Shown here in pieces: positions 34,411-45,781 of a stretch of DNA of 64,000 nt (position 1 is the first letter of the stretch; every line of letters starts with the position of its first letter). Below the pieces are notes generated by a model that searched no databases, was not told where the DNA came from, and saw only the letters and a program-made list of their open reading frames with translations. Where the stretch lies: contig CAVTDB010000003.1 in the NCBI GenBank assembly GCA_963733375.1, forward strand, positions 282,852 to 346,851. Direction: 5' to 3'. The stretch comes from Nitrospirota bacterium. Lineage in GTDB: Bacteria; Nitrospirota; JACRHJ01. Made by a program: the position numbers and the translations under genes.

Positions 34411-35327
34411 TGGAAAACTTTCAGTTCATACTGATACTTATCCTGTCGCCTTTGGCTCAGGGGATAATAAAGAAGGTGAAGTGCCTTCTTCAGGGGAGGG
34501 TCGGAAGCCCGGTATTGCAGCCGTACTACGACCTGGCGAGGCTTTTTAAGAAAGACATGGTAATCGCCCGCACCACCTCCTGGATATTCCGTGCCGCGCC
34601 TTATATCGTTTTTTCGTCCGTCCTCGCGGCGTCCATGCTCGTGCCTGTATTCTCCGCCAGTGGCGCGGTATTCAGGATGGGCGACGTCATCGCCGTAATC
34701 TATACGCTGGCGCTGGGCAGGTTCTTCCTTGCGCTTGCCGGGCTTGACGCCGGGACGGCGTTCGGAGGCGAGGGCTCCAGCCGCGAGATGACCGTGGCGA
34801 TACTGGTCGAACCAAGCATGATGCTGGCGATATTCACGGCGGCGGTGGCGAGCGGCTCCACAAGCCTTGCCGCAATCGCCAAGTCCGGGAGCGTCTTCTA
34901 TTCGCCCGCGCATGTCCTGGCGTTGGCCGCATTTTTCGTGGCGGTTATCGCGGAAACGGGCAGGATACCGGTGGACAACCCGGACACCCACCTGGAGCTT
35001 ACGATGATCCATGAGGGGATGCTGCTGGAGTATTCCGGAAAGTACCTGGCCCTGATGGAATGGGCGCATTACATGAAACAGATGCTTCTTTTCACCCTGG
35101 CGGCGGACCTGTTCTTCCCGTACGGCATGGCAAGCACGGGGCTGGGATTCGGCGCGGTGGAGGCGCTTGGGTATTATGCCGTAAAGATATTGGTTTTATG
35201 CCTTGTGATGGCGGTTGCGGAGTCCACGAGGGCGAAAATGCGGTTCTTCCAGCTCCCGTCTCTCCTGGGCGCGGCGTTCGTGCTATCGGCGCTCTCCATA
35301 ATAACCTTTATAATGACGGGAAAATAA
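34410..35327 (+). CDS. HyfC/HycD (NuoH-like) membrane subunit
   Basis: 'QGRVGSPVLQPYYDL', 'GSSREM' and 'ETGRIPVDNP.THLELTMIHE'. Confidence 0.9.
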   Translation: MENFQFILILILSPLAQGIIKKVKCLLQGRVGSPVLQPYYDLARLFKKDMVIARTTSWIFRAAPYIVFSSVLAASMLVPVFSASGAVFRMGDVIAVIYTLALGRFFLALAGLDAGTAFGGEGSSREMTVAILVEPSMMLAIFTAAVASGSTSLAAIAKSGSVFYSPAHVLALAAFFVAVIAETGRIPVDNPDTHLELTMIHEGMLLEYSGKYLALMEWAHYMKQMLLFTLAADLFFPYGMASTGLGFGAVEALGYYAVKILVLCLVMAVAESTRAKMRFFQLPSLLGAAFVLSALSIITFIMTGK

Positions 35328-35990
35328 ATGCCAAGGCAGTGGGTAGTAGTCTATTCCATAACGGATTTCATAACTATCGGGATGCTCCTGACGGTCGTGG
35401 CGATGAACTCGCTGAGGAGGATAGAGACCTGCCTTCAGGCGTATACCCTGAACTCGCTTTTGCTCGCCCTGCTTATGGCCATCAGCGCGTTTTATTTAGG
35501 TCTCGCGCATCTTTATATAGCCGCCGCGTTCACCCTTGCCTCCAAGGGCATCGCGATACCGCTTCTCCTCAGGAAGGTCGTGCGCTCGCTCAAGATAACC
35601 CACGAGGTGGAGCCGAACATCAATACCCCGCTCTCGCTGGTCATATCGTCCGTCCTGGTGGTGGTAGTTTACTCCTCTCTCTCCAAGGGAATTTTCATAG
35701 GCGGCTTCACCGAGAACACCCTCAAGGTCTCCATCTCCATAATCCTCATAAGCCTTTTCATCATGATAACCAGGAAGAAGGCCATTACCCAGGTAATCGG
35801 GCTTCTGCTCATGGAGAACGGCCTGTTCCTGGCCGGTTTTTCGCTGACGTACGGGATGTCCACGATAATCGAGCTTGGAGTGGTTTTCGACGTGCTGATG
35901 GGCGTGATAATACTGGGCGTTTTCCTTAGCCAGATAAAGAAGGCGTTCGTAACCGTGGACCTGGACAAGCTGAACACCTTGAAGGGATAG
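35328..35990 (+). CDS. HyfE-like membrane subunit
   Basis: 'KGIAIP..L', 'QVIGLLLMENG' and 'ELGVVFD'. Confidence 0.88.
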   Translation: MPRQWVVVYSITDFITIGMLLTVVAMNSLRRIETCLQAYTLNSLLLALLMAISAFYLGLAHLYIAAAFTLASKGIAIPLLLRKVVRSLKITHEVEPNINTPLSLVISSVLVVVVYSSLSKGIFIGGFTENTLKVSISIILISLFIMITRKKAITQVIGLLLMENGLFLAGFSLTYGMSTIIELGVVFDVLMGVIILGVFLSQIKKAFVTVDLDKLNTLKG

Positions 35991-35992
35991 AG

Positions 35993-37491
35993 ATGCTTCT
36001 CCCGCTTATATTGATACCGGCCGCGGCCGCCCTTATATGTCTTTTGGTTAGCGACCGGCGCGTCTATGAATACGCGACTATCTGCGCCACCGCCGGTATG
36101 AGCGTCATATCTTTTTTCATTGTCGGCGGCGCGCTCGGCGGCGAGATAATAACGGTCCCCGGCGGCATCATGTACGCGGACGCCGCTCTCGGCGTTCATG
36201 CTGATGATAATAACGCTGCTCTCGTTCGCGACGGCCATATACTCGGCCTGGTACATGGGGAACGAGCTTGACTTCGGCCACATAGACAAGAAGGCGCACC
36301 GCTACTACTACCTCCTGTACAACCTTTTCGTTTTAACGATGGCCCTGGTGCCCATCGCCAACAACCTGGCCGTCCTCTGGATGGCCATCGAGGGCACCAC
36401 GCTCGTCTCCGCGCTTTTAGTCGGGACATACAGGAAGCGCGAGTCCGTCGAGGCCGCATGGAAATATATCATCCTCTGCACCGTCGGCATCACCTTCGCC
36501 CTGCTCGGCACCTTCATCATCTATTACGCCTCTTCCGGGGCGGTAGGGCAGGGCAGAGGCGTGCTGGAGTGGACGGCTCTCATGGCGATGGCGCCAAGAC
36601 TGAACCCGGCGACTGTAAGGCTCGGGTTCATATTGATCCTCGTGGGATACGGCACGAAGGCCGGGCTCGCTCCCGTGCATAACTGGCTCCCGGACGCGCA
36701 CAGCGAGGCCCCTACCCCGATAAGCGCGCTCCTTTCCGGGATACTCCTTAACTGCGCGTTCTACGGCATACTGCGCTTTGCCGTTATCGCAAGGGCAAGC
36801 CTGGGATACCCCTTCGTCCGGGACATGATGTTCCTGTTCGGCATATCCTCCGTCGCCGTGGCCTCCATATTCATGCTCATCCAGAGGAACTCCAAAAGGC
36901 TCCTCGCGTACAGCAGCATCGAGCACATGGGTATCATCGCCCTCTCTTTCGGCGTGGGCGGGCCGTTTGGATTTTACGCGGCGCTCCTGCACATCTTAAA
37001 CCACGCAATCGGAAAGCCGCTCATGTTCTTCGTGACCGGCCGCATCAAAAGCTTCTACAATACCGTGGAGTCCGAGCAGGTCTCAGGCGTCATGAAGACC
37101 ATGCCGCTGGTCGGCGTCGCCGGTTTTGTCGGGATAATGGCTCTTGCGGGCGCTCCGCCTTTCGGCATGTTCATAAGCGAGTTCCTGATGCTTAAAGGCA
37201 TGGCGGCGGGTAGCCACTGGTTTATCATGGCTGTCTTTCTTGCGGCCGGTGGGATGGTTTTCTACGGCCTGCTCCGTAGTTTCGGCGGGATGTTCCTTGG
37301 CACGCCGTCGGCCCCCCTGGATACCCTGCACCCCATGCCGGTCGGCGCGGACGTATTCAGGCCCCGCAGCTCATGGCTCGACGGGCTTCATGATGCTCGG
37401 CATGGCGGGGGCCCTTCTTTTGCTGGGCCTCTATATCCCGGGGCCCCTGGACAGGCTGATAACGCTCTCAGCCGGGATTATAGGCGGATAG
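35993..37491 (+). CDS. HyfF-like antiporter subunit (two indels)
   Basis: 'EAAWKYIILC', 'GYGTKAGLAP.HNWLPDAHSEAP' and 'KRLLAYSSIEHMG'. Confidence 0.88.
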
Positions 37492-37573
37492 GCCTACCCT
37501 CTCTTAAGGGGCGCTTTAATCGCCCTTTTACCTCTTCCTCAGGTGGAGAGGAGTAACTGAAGAAGGATATATA

Positions 37574-39097
37574 GTGAATCCGGTAAACGAGAGATACATA
37601 GAGATAGGCCGGGATGAGTTCCCCTTGAAATGCGCGGAATATTTCGACGGCAAATATTTATTCCGGACGATGTTCGCGGCGGACGAGCGGGCTATGGACG
37701 GGCATTTCAAGGTCTATGCCGTCTTCTCCCCGGCGGGCGAGGACATATTCGAAATCCTGACCCTGAAGCTTAAGGAATATAACCTTTCGTATAAAAGCAT
37801 TACCCCCCTGGTCCCGGCCGCGCACTGGTACGAACGCGAGATGCACGATATGTTCGGGATAGTCCCGGAAGGACACCCGGACTTAAGGCCGCTCTGCCTG
37901 CACGGGATGTACGGCCAGAACGTTTATCCGCTCAGGCGGGATGTCACGGTTGACGGGATAAAGCGCTCGACAGACCTCTTGAGGGAGGATAACTATTCGT
38001 ACATGAAAATGCTGGGCCAGGGTGTTTATGAGATACCTGTCGGCCCGGTCCATGCGGGTATAATCGAGCCGGGCCATTTCCGCTTCAGCGCGGTGGGCGA
38101 GACGATATATCACCTGGACCCCAGGCTTTTCTATACGCATAAGGGCACGGAAAAACTATTCGAGTCGCGAAGCTTCGATGAGGGCGTCGAACTCTCCGAA
38201 AGGATATCCGGAGTCTCGTCTTTTTCGCATTCCTCGGCCTACTGCATAGCCGTGGAGCGCATGGCGGAAATTGAGATCACGCCGCTCGCGAAGGCCGTGA
38301 GGACGCTTTTAATAGAGCTGGAGCGGCTGTATAACCATATCGGCGACATCGGGAACCTCTGCGCCGGGACGGGCTTCGCCGTCGGCTACGCGAAGGGGGC
38401 TTTGTTAAAAGAGGCGCTCATGGCGCTGAACAACAAGCTTACGGGCAGCAGGTATTTAAGGGGAATAAACGCCGTCGGCGGGGTGACGCGGGATATTTTC
38501 AGGGACGCCGATGAAATCATCTCCACCCTGGACGGGGTAAAAACCGGGTTCAAGGAGTTTATGGCCTTCCTTCAGGACTCCATCTCGCACATCGAGAGAA
38601 TGGAAGGCGCGGGCGTACTTGCGAAGGATATAGCTGTCAAAATGGGCGCGACAGGGCCGGCGGCGAGGGCCTCCGGGATCTCGGACGACATAAGGCGCGC
38701 CCACCCCAACCTCACATACGGCAGCCTCGTATTCGAGGCGAATACGTACCGGAAGGGCGACGTGTACTCCAGGATGATGGTCCGGGCGGACGAGGCGGAA
38801 TGTTCTTTTTCGATCATCGACTCTCTTCTGGAGCAGCGCCACGAAGGAGGCCTCACGGTGCCCGCCGGAAAATATTCAGCGGGAAGCCGTGCGCTGGGGT
38901 ACGTGGAAGGGCCGCGGGGTTCCATCTTTTACTGGGTAATGGCCGCAAGCGGCGGGCGGCCGTTACGGGTAAAAGTGCGCTCCGCGTCATTTTGCAACTG
39001 GCCGCTCATGTCTTACGCCATTCACGGGAATATCGTGCCGGACTTCCCGCTGGTGAACAAGAGCTTCAACCTCTCTTACTCGGGCTGCGACCTATAG
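37574..39097 (+). CDS. HycE/HyfG-like (NuoCD-like) large subunit lacking NiFe-binding cysteines (EhrL)
   Basis: 'VGPVHAGIIEPGHFRF', 'ELERLYNH' and 'EGPRG'. The L1 site reads 'ERISGVSSFSH' and the L2 site reads 'DFPLVNKSFNLSYSGCDL'. Confidence 0.9.
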   Translation: MNPVNERYIEIGRDEFPLKCAEYFDGKYLFRTMFAADERAMDGHFKVYAVFSPAGEDIFEILTLKLKEYNLSYKSITPLVPAAHWYEREMHDMFGIVPEGHPDLRPLCLHGMYGQNVYPLRRDVTVDGIKRSTDLLREDNYSYMKMLGQGVYEIPVGPVHAGIIEPGHFRFSAVGETIYHLDPRLFYTHKGTEKLFESRSFDEGVELSERISGVSSFSHSSAYCIAVERMAEIEITPLAKAVRTLLIELERLYNHIGDIGNLCAGTGFAVGYAKGALLKEALMALNNKLTGSRYLRGINAVGGVTRDIFRDADEIISTLDGVKTGFKEFMAFLQDSISHIERMEGAGVLAKDIAVKMGATGPAARASGISDDIRRAHPNLTYGSLVFEANTYRKGDVYSRMMVRADEAECSFSIIDSLLEQRHEGGLTVPAGKYSAGSRALGYVEGPRGSIFYWVMAASGGRPLRVKVRSASFCNWPLMSYAIHGNIVPDFPLVNKSFNLSYSGCDL

Positions 39098-39104
39098 GTC
39101 CTAT

Positions 39105-39629
39105 ATGTTAAAAGACGTAATCTCAAATCTGTTCCGTAAAAAACCCGCCATCGGGCGAGACGAGATTTCCCGGCAGTCCAAAGAGGCGGCGGAAATCACG
39201 GAAACGCCCCGACAGCTGGACGCGGTATTTAAGAACTCCATCCGCATAAGGCAGGTGGACGCGGGCTCGTGCAACGCCTGCGAATGGGAGTGCACGGCGC
39301 TCGGGAACCCGGTCTACGACGTCTCCCGTTTCGGCATAGATTTCGTGGCGTCGCCCAGGCACGCGGACGTCCTGCTGGTCACCGGGCCCGTATCCCTTCC
39401 GATGGCCGAGGCGCTGAAGAAGACCTGGCTCGCCATGCCGGAGCCGAAGATAGTAATAGCCTGCGGAAGCTGCGCGAAAGACGGCGGCGTCTATAAAGGG
39501 GCTTACGGCGTTCTGGACGGGGCCGGCTCAGTCGTGCCGGTGGACGGATATATACCGGGATGCCCCCCAAGCCCCGCGGCTATAATGCAGGGCATCATGG
39601 ACGTTATAGGACAGGCGACAAAGAAGTAA
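39105..39629 (+). CDS. HycG/NuoB-like Fe-S small subunit (EhrS)
   Basis: 'DAGSCNACE', 'ASPRHAD.LLVTGP', 'GSCA' and 'IPGCPPSP'. Confidence 0.92.
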   Translation: MLKDVISNLFRKKPAIGRDEISRQSKEAAEITETPRQLDAVFKNSIRIRQVDAGSCNACEWECTALGNPVYDVSRFGIDFVASPRHADVLLVTGPVSLPMAEALKKTWLAMPEPKIVIACGSCAKDGGVYKGAYGVLDGAGSVVPVDGYIPGCPPSPAAIMQGIMDVIGQATKK

Positions 39630-39675
39630 AATACATCCTTTCCCTTCTCCACTTTATTCATCTATAATACCCGCT

Positions 39676-40924
39676 ATGGATACAACCACATACGACGTCA
39701 TTGTAATCGGCGGCGGGCCGGCGGGGCTTATCGCCGCAGGCCGCGCGGCGGAGCTTGGCGCGAAAACCGCGTTACTGGAGAAGAACGCCGAGCCTTGGGA
39801 AAAAACTCCTCCTGACTGGGAACGGCCGGTGCAACCTGACCAATAACGTCAACAGCCTTCGGGACTTGGTTGAAAGATACGGCAGGAACGGGAGGTTCCT
39901 CTACCACGCCTTCTCGTTATTCGGTGTCCCGGAGACGATCGATTTTTTCAATAAAAGAGGGCTTCCCACGAAGGAGGAGGAGGACGGCAGGGTATTCCCG
40001 GCGTCGGAGCGCGCGGCGGACGTCCTCCGGGTCCTCAGGGATTATGCAAAGAAGGCGGACATTATTACCGGCGCGCCGGTGGAAGGTCTTGAGGCGGGCG
40101 CGGGCGATATAAAAGGCGTAAAGGTCAACGGAGAACTTATTCACGCAAAAAACTTTATCCTCTGCACGGGAGGGAAATCATTCCCGAAGACCGGTTCGAC
40201 CGGCGAGGCATTCCATTGGCTTCGCTCTCTCGGGCACGAAATCGTGCCGCCCGCCCCCGCGCTCGTCCCGATAACAGTGAAAGAAGACTGGATACGGAAG
40301 ATGGAAGGGGCGACCTTGAACTGACGTGAACATTACCCTGCTTCAATCCGGGAAGAAGAAGGCGGTAATCCGTGGGGATGCGGTCGTGACGGCCAACGGC
40401 CTGAGCGGTCCGGCAATCCTGAGCGCAAGCCGCAAAGTCCGGGAGCTTTTGAGGGAGGGCGAGGTCACTCTCCTGCTCGACCTTATCCCGGACGTGAGCA
40501 GTGAAGAGTCTTCAGGATGAGCTTCTCCGGTCTTTGAACGAACACCCGAACAGGCTGATTAAAAACGTCGTTACTTCCCTCGTGCCTCCGAAGCTCTCCG
40601 GGACGCTCCTCATGCTTGCCGGGCTGGAAGAGGACAGGCGGTTGAACACGTTATCGAAAAATGACCGGCGGGTCCTGACAGGGAGCCATAAAGGCCCTTT
40701 CCCTGACGGTCAAAGGCACTCAGGGTTTTGAACGGGCGTATGTCACGAGCGGCGGAGTATCGCTAGGTGAAATAGACCATCTGACCATGCGTTCAAGGCT
40801 TTATAAAAACCTGTATTTCGCGGGAGAGGTAATCGACATCGACGGCCCTTCCGGCGGGTATAACCTTCAGGCGGCATGGAGCACCGGGCATCTCGCGGGC
40901 GAGAGCGCGGCGGGCAACAAATAA
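39676..40924 (+). CDS. HI0933/YhiN (BaiN-like) NAD(P)/FAD flavoprotein; several indels
   Basis: 'IGGGPAG', 'GKKLLLTGNGRCNLTN', 'TGGKSFPKTGSTG', 'VTSGGV' and 'GEVIDIDGPSGGYNLQAAWSTG'. Confidence 0.9.
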
Positions 40925-40954
40925 AAAAAGCGGCTGGAATAACCAGCCGCTTTT
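40925..40954. terminator. Bidirectional terminator
   Basis: aaaagcggctgg-aataa-ccagccgctttt between convergent genes. Confidence 0.8.
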
Positions 40955-40967
40955 ATATGCAAAAGAT

Positions 40968-41357
40968 TTACTCTGCGTTTGACAGTGACGTTATCTTCAA
41001 GTTATCACCTTTGCCGTGAATGGCCTGTGCCTTCACGTGGAGCTTGCTCTCCGGCTTCGCCAGGAACTTGATTACTTTCTTATTGGTCTTTTCGTCAAGA
41101 CTGTAGAGCTTGCCATCCGAGTAAAACATGTAGCCGCTGGCCTGGCAGTTCGGCGCAAGGGCGCATTCCTTCGGATGAGTTTTTACATACTCGTCCAGGT
41201 TGTCCTTGTTTGGAATGGCGCAGGCCCTGTCTATGATATAGCCCACCATGCTTACCGTTTTCGGAGAAGTTTTGCTATCCGCCGCGCCCGCGCTTAAGGC
41301 GGCGCCGATTGTTAAAACAAGCGAAAAAGCTACCAGCAGCAATAGATATTTCTTCAT
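40968..41357 (-). CDS. Exported hypothetical protein with Cys/His motif
   Basis: Signal peptide; 'GYIIDRAC...HPKECAL.PNCQASGY'; AAGGAG RBS. Confidence 0.75.
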   Translation of the reverse strand: MKKYLLLLVAFSLVLTIGAALSAGAADSKTSPKTVSMVGYIIDRACAIPNKDNLDEYVKTHPKECALAPNCQASGYMFYSDGKLYSLDEKTNKKVIKFLAKPESKLHVKAQAIHGKGDNLKITSLSNAE

Positions 41358-41493
41358 CCATTTCTCCTTGACTTGGTTAAAGTATTTTTGCCGGACTTCG
41401 CGGATGTAACTCCTACAAGTGAAGCATCTGAATTAATTTCTGTCAACAGGACGGCCAGAGAGGGAAATTTCGGCAGCGGGCAGACCGGCCGCT

Positions 41494-42998
41494 TTAATCT
41501 TTCTTTAAGTCTTCAGGTATAAATAACTTAAAAGTGCTCCCGGCTCCTTCCTCGCTTGTGAGCTCGACCCGGCCGTTATGCGCGTCCGCGACGGCCTTGA
41601 CTATCGCAAGCCCAAGGCCGGTCCCGCCCGTGCGTGAGGTCCTGGACATCCGGTAATATTTCTGAAAGATTTTCGACTGCTCCGCGGCGGGTATCCCGAT
41701 GCCGCTATCCTCCACGGAGATCACCAGAAAAGCCCTGCCTCCGTTTTCGGCCCTTTGTGTTTTCAGCGATATCCGGCCCCCTTCCGGGGTATAGTTTACG
41801 GCGTTCTGGAGCAGGTTTGAGACCGCGCGCTGGACAAGCGTTACGTCCATGTTAATCGCCGGGACGTCCTGGGCGAATTCCGTATTCAGCGTCTGGCCCT
41901 TTTTCGTGGCCTGGTTTTCAAAATCCTTTATCACGTCCTTTAATATCTCGCGCACGTCTGCGGAGGTAAGCTCGGACGTAAGCCCGCCGAGTCCAGCCTG
42001 GAATGGACGAGGAAGTCCTCCACCAGGCTCCGGAGCCTCTCGCCGCTTCGCACGATATTCGCCGCCATGTCGGCGGTCTCCTGGTCCGCGGAGCCTTGCT
42101 TCATCATCGATATCAGTTCCGCATTGCCAAGGATACTTGTCAGGGGAGATTTAAAATCGTGCGTTATCATTGCGAGGAAATCCGCCCTCTGCTTCTCGAG
42201 GTATTTCCTCTGGCTTACGTCCAGGGCGGTGCCGATAATGGCCGGCCTGCCGTTGAAAATCGTAAAGGCGGCTTTACCCTCGACCTCGACCGGGTCGCCG
42301 TCCTTCCTGAGCCAACTGCCCTGATATCCTATGCTCTCCTGGCCGTTAATGATTTTCTCTATCCCCTGCCTTGCAGGCTCTCTCTGCTCCGGGTAAACGC
42401 ATTCCAGCATGTTCTCCATCCCGGTCAGCTCGGCCCTCGAATAACCGAGCATGTCGGCAAACTCCGGGTTTACGTAGACATAGCGCATGTCCTGGATAAG
42501 GTATATTCCGATCAGGGCCCCCTCTGCGAGGGTCCTGAACTTGGCCTCCGACTCCCGAAGCCCGGCCTCGACCTTCTTCTTCTCGGTAATATCGCGTATT
42601 ATCCCCGTGAACATCCTCCTGCCTTCCACCAGCATCTCCGAAACGGCCAGGTCGAGCGGGAACTCGCTTCCGTCCTTCTTCCGGCCCCTGACCTCGCGGC
42701 CCAGGCCTATGACTTTTTTTACGCCGGTGGTCAGGTAGTTGTTCAGGTACGAATCATGTTCGGAGTGGTAAGGCTCCGGCATCAGCATGTTGACGTTCTT
42801 GCCTATGACTTCCGATTTGCTGTAGCCGAAGATTCTTTCCGCGGAGGGGTTGAAACTGACGACGGTTGCGTCAGAGTTTATCGTTATAATGCCGTCAAGA
42901 ACGGTGTTGAGAATGGCGCGGTTGACCTCGCTTTCGAATAGCCCGCCCTCGCCCTTTTCCGTTCCCTTTTTCTGTTCGGGCACGTCCGCCTTTTCCAT
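41494..42998 (-). CDS. Cytoplasmic histidine kinase: FixL-like heme PAS, second PAS, HisKA, HATPase (indel near 41990)
   Basis: 'NVNMLMPEPYHSEHDSYL...IGLGREVRGRKKDG', 'HDFKSPLT', 'NLLQNAVNYT' and 'GTGLGLAIVK'. Confidence 0.88.
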
Positions 42999-43170
42999 CG
43001 GATTCTCCTGGGGTTCGCCTGAATTGATTATACCATAAGTCAAGTAAAAAAAATCAATAACTAAATTAATTTTGTCAAGTATAAAAGGCCCTTACAAGTT
43101 TCACCGTCCGAAATTAATTCTGTTTAATAATCAGAAACTTAATTGACAATCCGGTCAAACGTAATCCCGT

Positions 43171-45743
43171 CTATGTCTGACCTGCTTCAACTTCAATTTT
43201 TTGACCGCCGGGAGATATAAACCCAAAAACCTTAAGCGCTTCGAACCAGGCTATGCTTAACATCCCTGCCGCGAAGCAAATTAATAAATCTGCCGGACCG
43301 AGTTCGGCAAATTTAAATAACCCGCGCAGGAAGGGCACGCTTAAAACCAGCGCCAGGAAACTTATCGCCCCGCTTAACACCCACCAAAGCGCGGCGTTTG
43401 GCGTGCGGAGCGTCTGAAAACCGTCCTCGACCACGAGCGGTTTGTAAGGATAAGGGCCAGGTTGGCGACAATCAAGGTCGTGAAGGACAGGGCGCGCGCC
43501 TCGTCTTCGCCCCGGTTATTCACCATGGCGAAATAGAAGACGCCAAAGACGATAGCCAGCACGCTTAAGCCCTGAAGGGCGCTTATTAAAACTGCCTTCT
43601 TCCCGAAAAGGCTTTCGTTCTGGCGCCTCGGGGCCGGTCCATGATGCCCGACTCTTCAGGTTCCGCCTCGAAAACGATTGAACAGGCCGGGTCGATGATC
43701 AGCTCGAGGAACAGGATATGCACGGGCAAGAGGACCAGGGGCCATTTCAGGAGCACCGGTATCAAGACCATGCCTGCAATCGGCACATGGACGGCAGTGG
43801 CATAAGAGACCGCTTTTTTTATATTGTCGAATATCCTCCGGCCCAGCCTCACCGCCTTCACGATTGACGAAAAATCGTCATCGAGCAGGACTAAATCGGC
43901 GGATTCGCGCGCCACATCGGTACCCCTTCCGCCCATCGCGATGCCGATGTGAGCCGATTTCAAGGCGGGTGCGTCGTTTACCCCGTCGCCGGTCATTGCG
44001 ACTATCTCGCCGTTCGCCTTCAGCGCATTCACCAGGCGGAGCTTCTGCTCAGGCACGACCCTGGCGAAGATGTCAGCCGTCTTTATCCGCTCCCTAAGCT
44101 CGCCGTCGGTCATTCCATCGAGTTCGGGCCCGGTTATGCAGTCCAGCCGGATAAGACCTATCTCACGAGCTATGTTCTGGGCGGTGCCGGGATAATCGCC
44201 GGTAATCATTACCACGCGGATGCCCGCGCCGTAGCAGTTTTTTACCGCTTCGGCGACCATCGGCCGTACCGGGTCGGTCAGTCCTATCAGCCCTATGAAC
44301 TCGAAACCGAAATCATGCTGCCGGGCGGGCAGGACGGCTTGCCGGAAACTCGCTTTTGCGACACCGATGACTCGAAGCCCTTTGCCGGTCATCTTGTCGA
44401 TGTTCGACAGCAGGTCTCTCGTCTGCTCTTTTGTAAAATGGCACAGGTCGGCTATTGATTCGGGCGCGCCCTTGGCCGCAATGATAAAGTCGGTTCCGTC
44501 AGGGGATTTCCATACATGCGACAGGGAAAGCATCTCCTCCGACAGGGGATATTCCTGCACCAGCGTCCAGTCCCCGTGGAGGTGTCCGGTTTTTGCCAGG
44601 CTGGTTTCGCCAAGCCGCCGTATGGCCTTTTCCATGGGGTCGAACGGGTCCGTCTGGCTGGCGAGGATGCCGAACTCGACCAGCTCGTGGAACTTCTCCG
44701 GCAGGGGGCTTATGCCGTCCAGGCTATAAAATTCGCCCCCGGCGTATATCCCGCTGACCGTCATGCGGTTTTGCGTAATCGTCCCTGTCTTGTCAACGCA
44801 TAATACGGTGGCCGAGCCGAGCGTCTCTATCGCCTGGGTACGCCGCGCCAGCACCTGCTTTTGCGATATCCGCCACGCGCCCAGGGCCAGGAATATGACG
44901 AGGATAACCGGGAGTTCCTCCGGCAGGATGGACATGGCCAGGGTTATACCCGCCAGAAGCCCATTCAGCCAGTTCCCGCGCGTAACCCCGTAGACGGTTA
45001 CCACGACCGCGCACAAAGACAGACCGGCCACGGCGAGTACCTTCACTATGCGGTTGGTCTCTTTTTGGAGCGACGTCTCTTCGACTCAGACCGCCTAAAG
45101 CGCCTTGCCGATTTTTCCTATCTCGGATTTAATCCCGGTAGCCCTTACCTCCGCGATGCCACTGCCGCGTACTATCAACGTACCGGAATAAACGAAAGGC
45201 AGGCCGTCTCCGCCGGGAGGGCATATTTCCATTTCTCCTTCCAGGGCGGCTTTGCCGCACGGGTACCGATTCGCCCGTCAGCAGGGATTCGTCCGCCGAA
45301 AGATTTATGCAGGAGAGCACCCTCGCGTCCGCCGGGACGCGGTCGCCTTCCTTTAACACCAATATGTCGCCCCTTACGACTTCACGGCCCGCAATGCGCT
45401 TTTCCGATCCGTCCCGGATTACAAGGGCGCGCGGGCTGGAGAGGTCGCGAAGAGCTTCCAGCGTCCGTTCGGTCTTTCGCTCCTGGTAGAACGTGATACC
45501 TATCACGACAAAAACAAAGGCCAGGAGCATCAGCGCTTCCCGTATGTCGCCCAGCAGAAGATAGAGAATCCCGCCGGCGATTAACAGCAGGAACATCGGC
45601 TCGCGCACTATCTTTAAAATGATAGCCAGTACGCCGCGGCTCCGCTCGAAGGGAAGTTCATTATATCCCTCTTCGTTTAACCTTTCAGCGGCCTGGGCTT
45701 CGGAAAGCCCGGAGATTGCGTTTATGCCTGATTTGTCGGCCAA
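43171..45743 (-). CDS. P-type (II) cation-transporting ATPase; several indels
   Basis: 'DESLLTGES', 'PEELP', 'DKTGT', 'MITGD' and 'MTGDGVNDAPALK'. Confidence 0.92.
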
Positions 45744-45781
45744 GAGTTTTTTAAGTGACGGTGAATATTATAGAAACAGGG

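Noticed and set aside
37574-39097. Functional [NiFe] hydrogenase (formate hydrogenlyase)
   Set aside because: The nickel-binding CxxC motifs are absent and there are no maturation genes.
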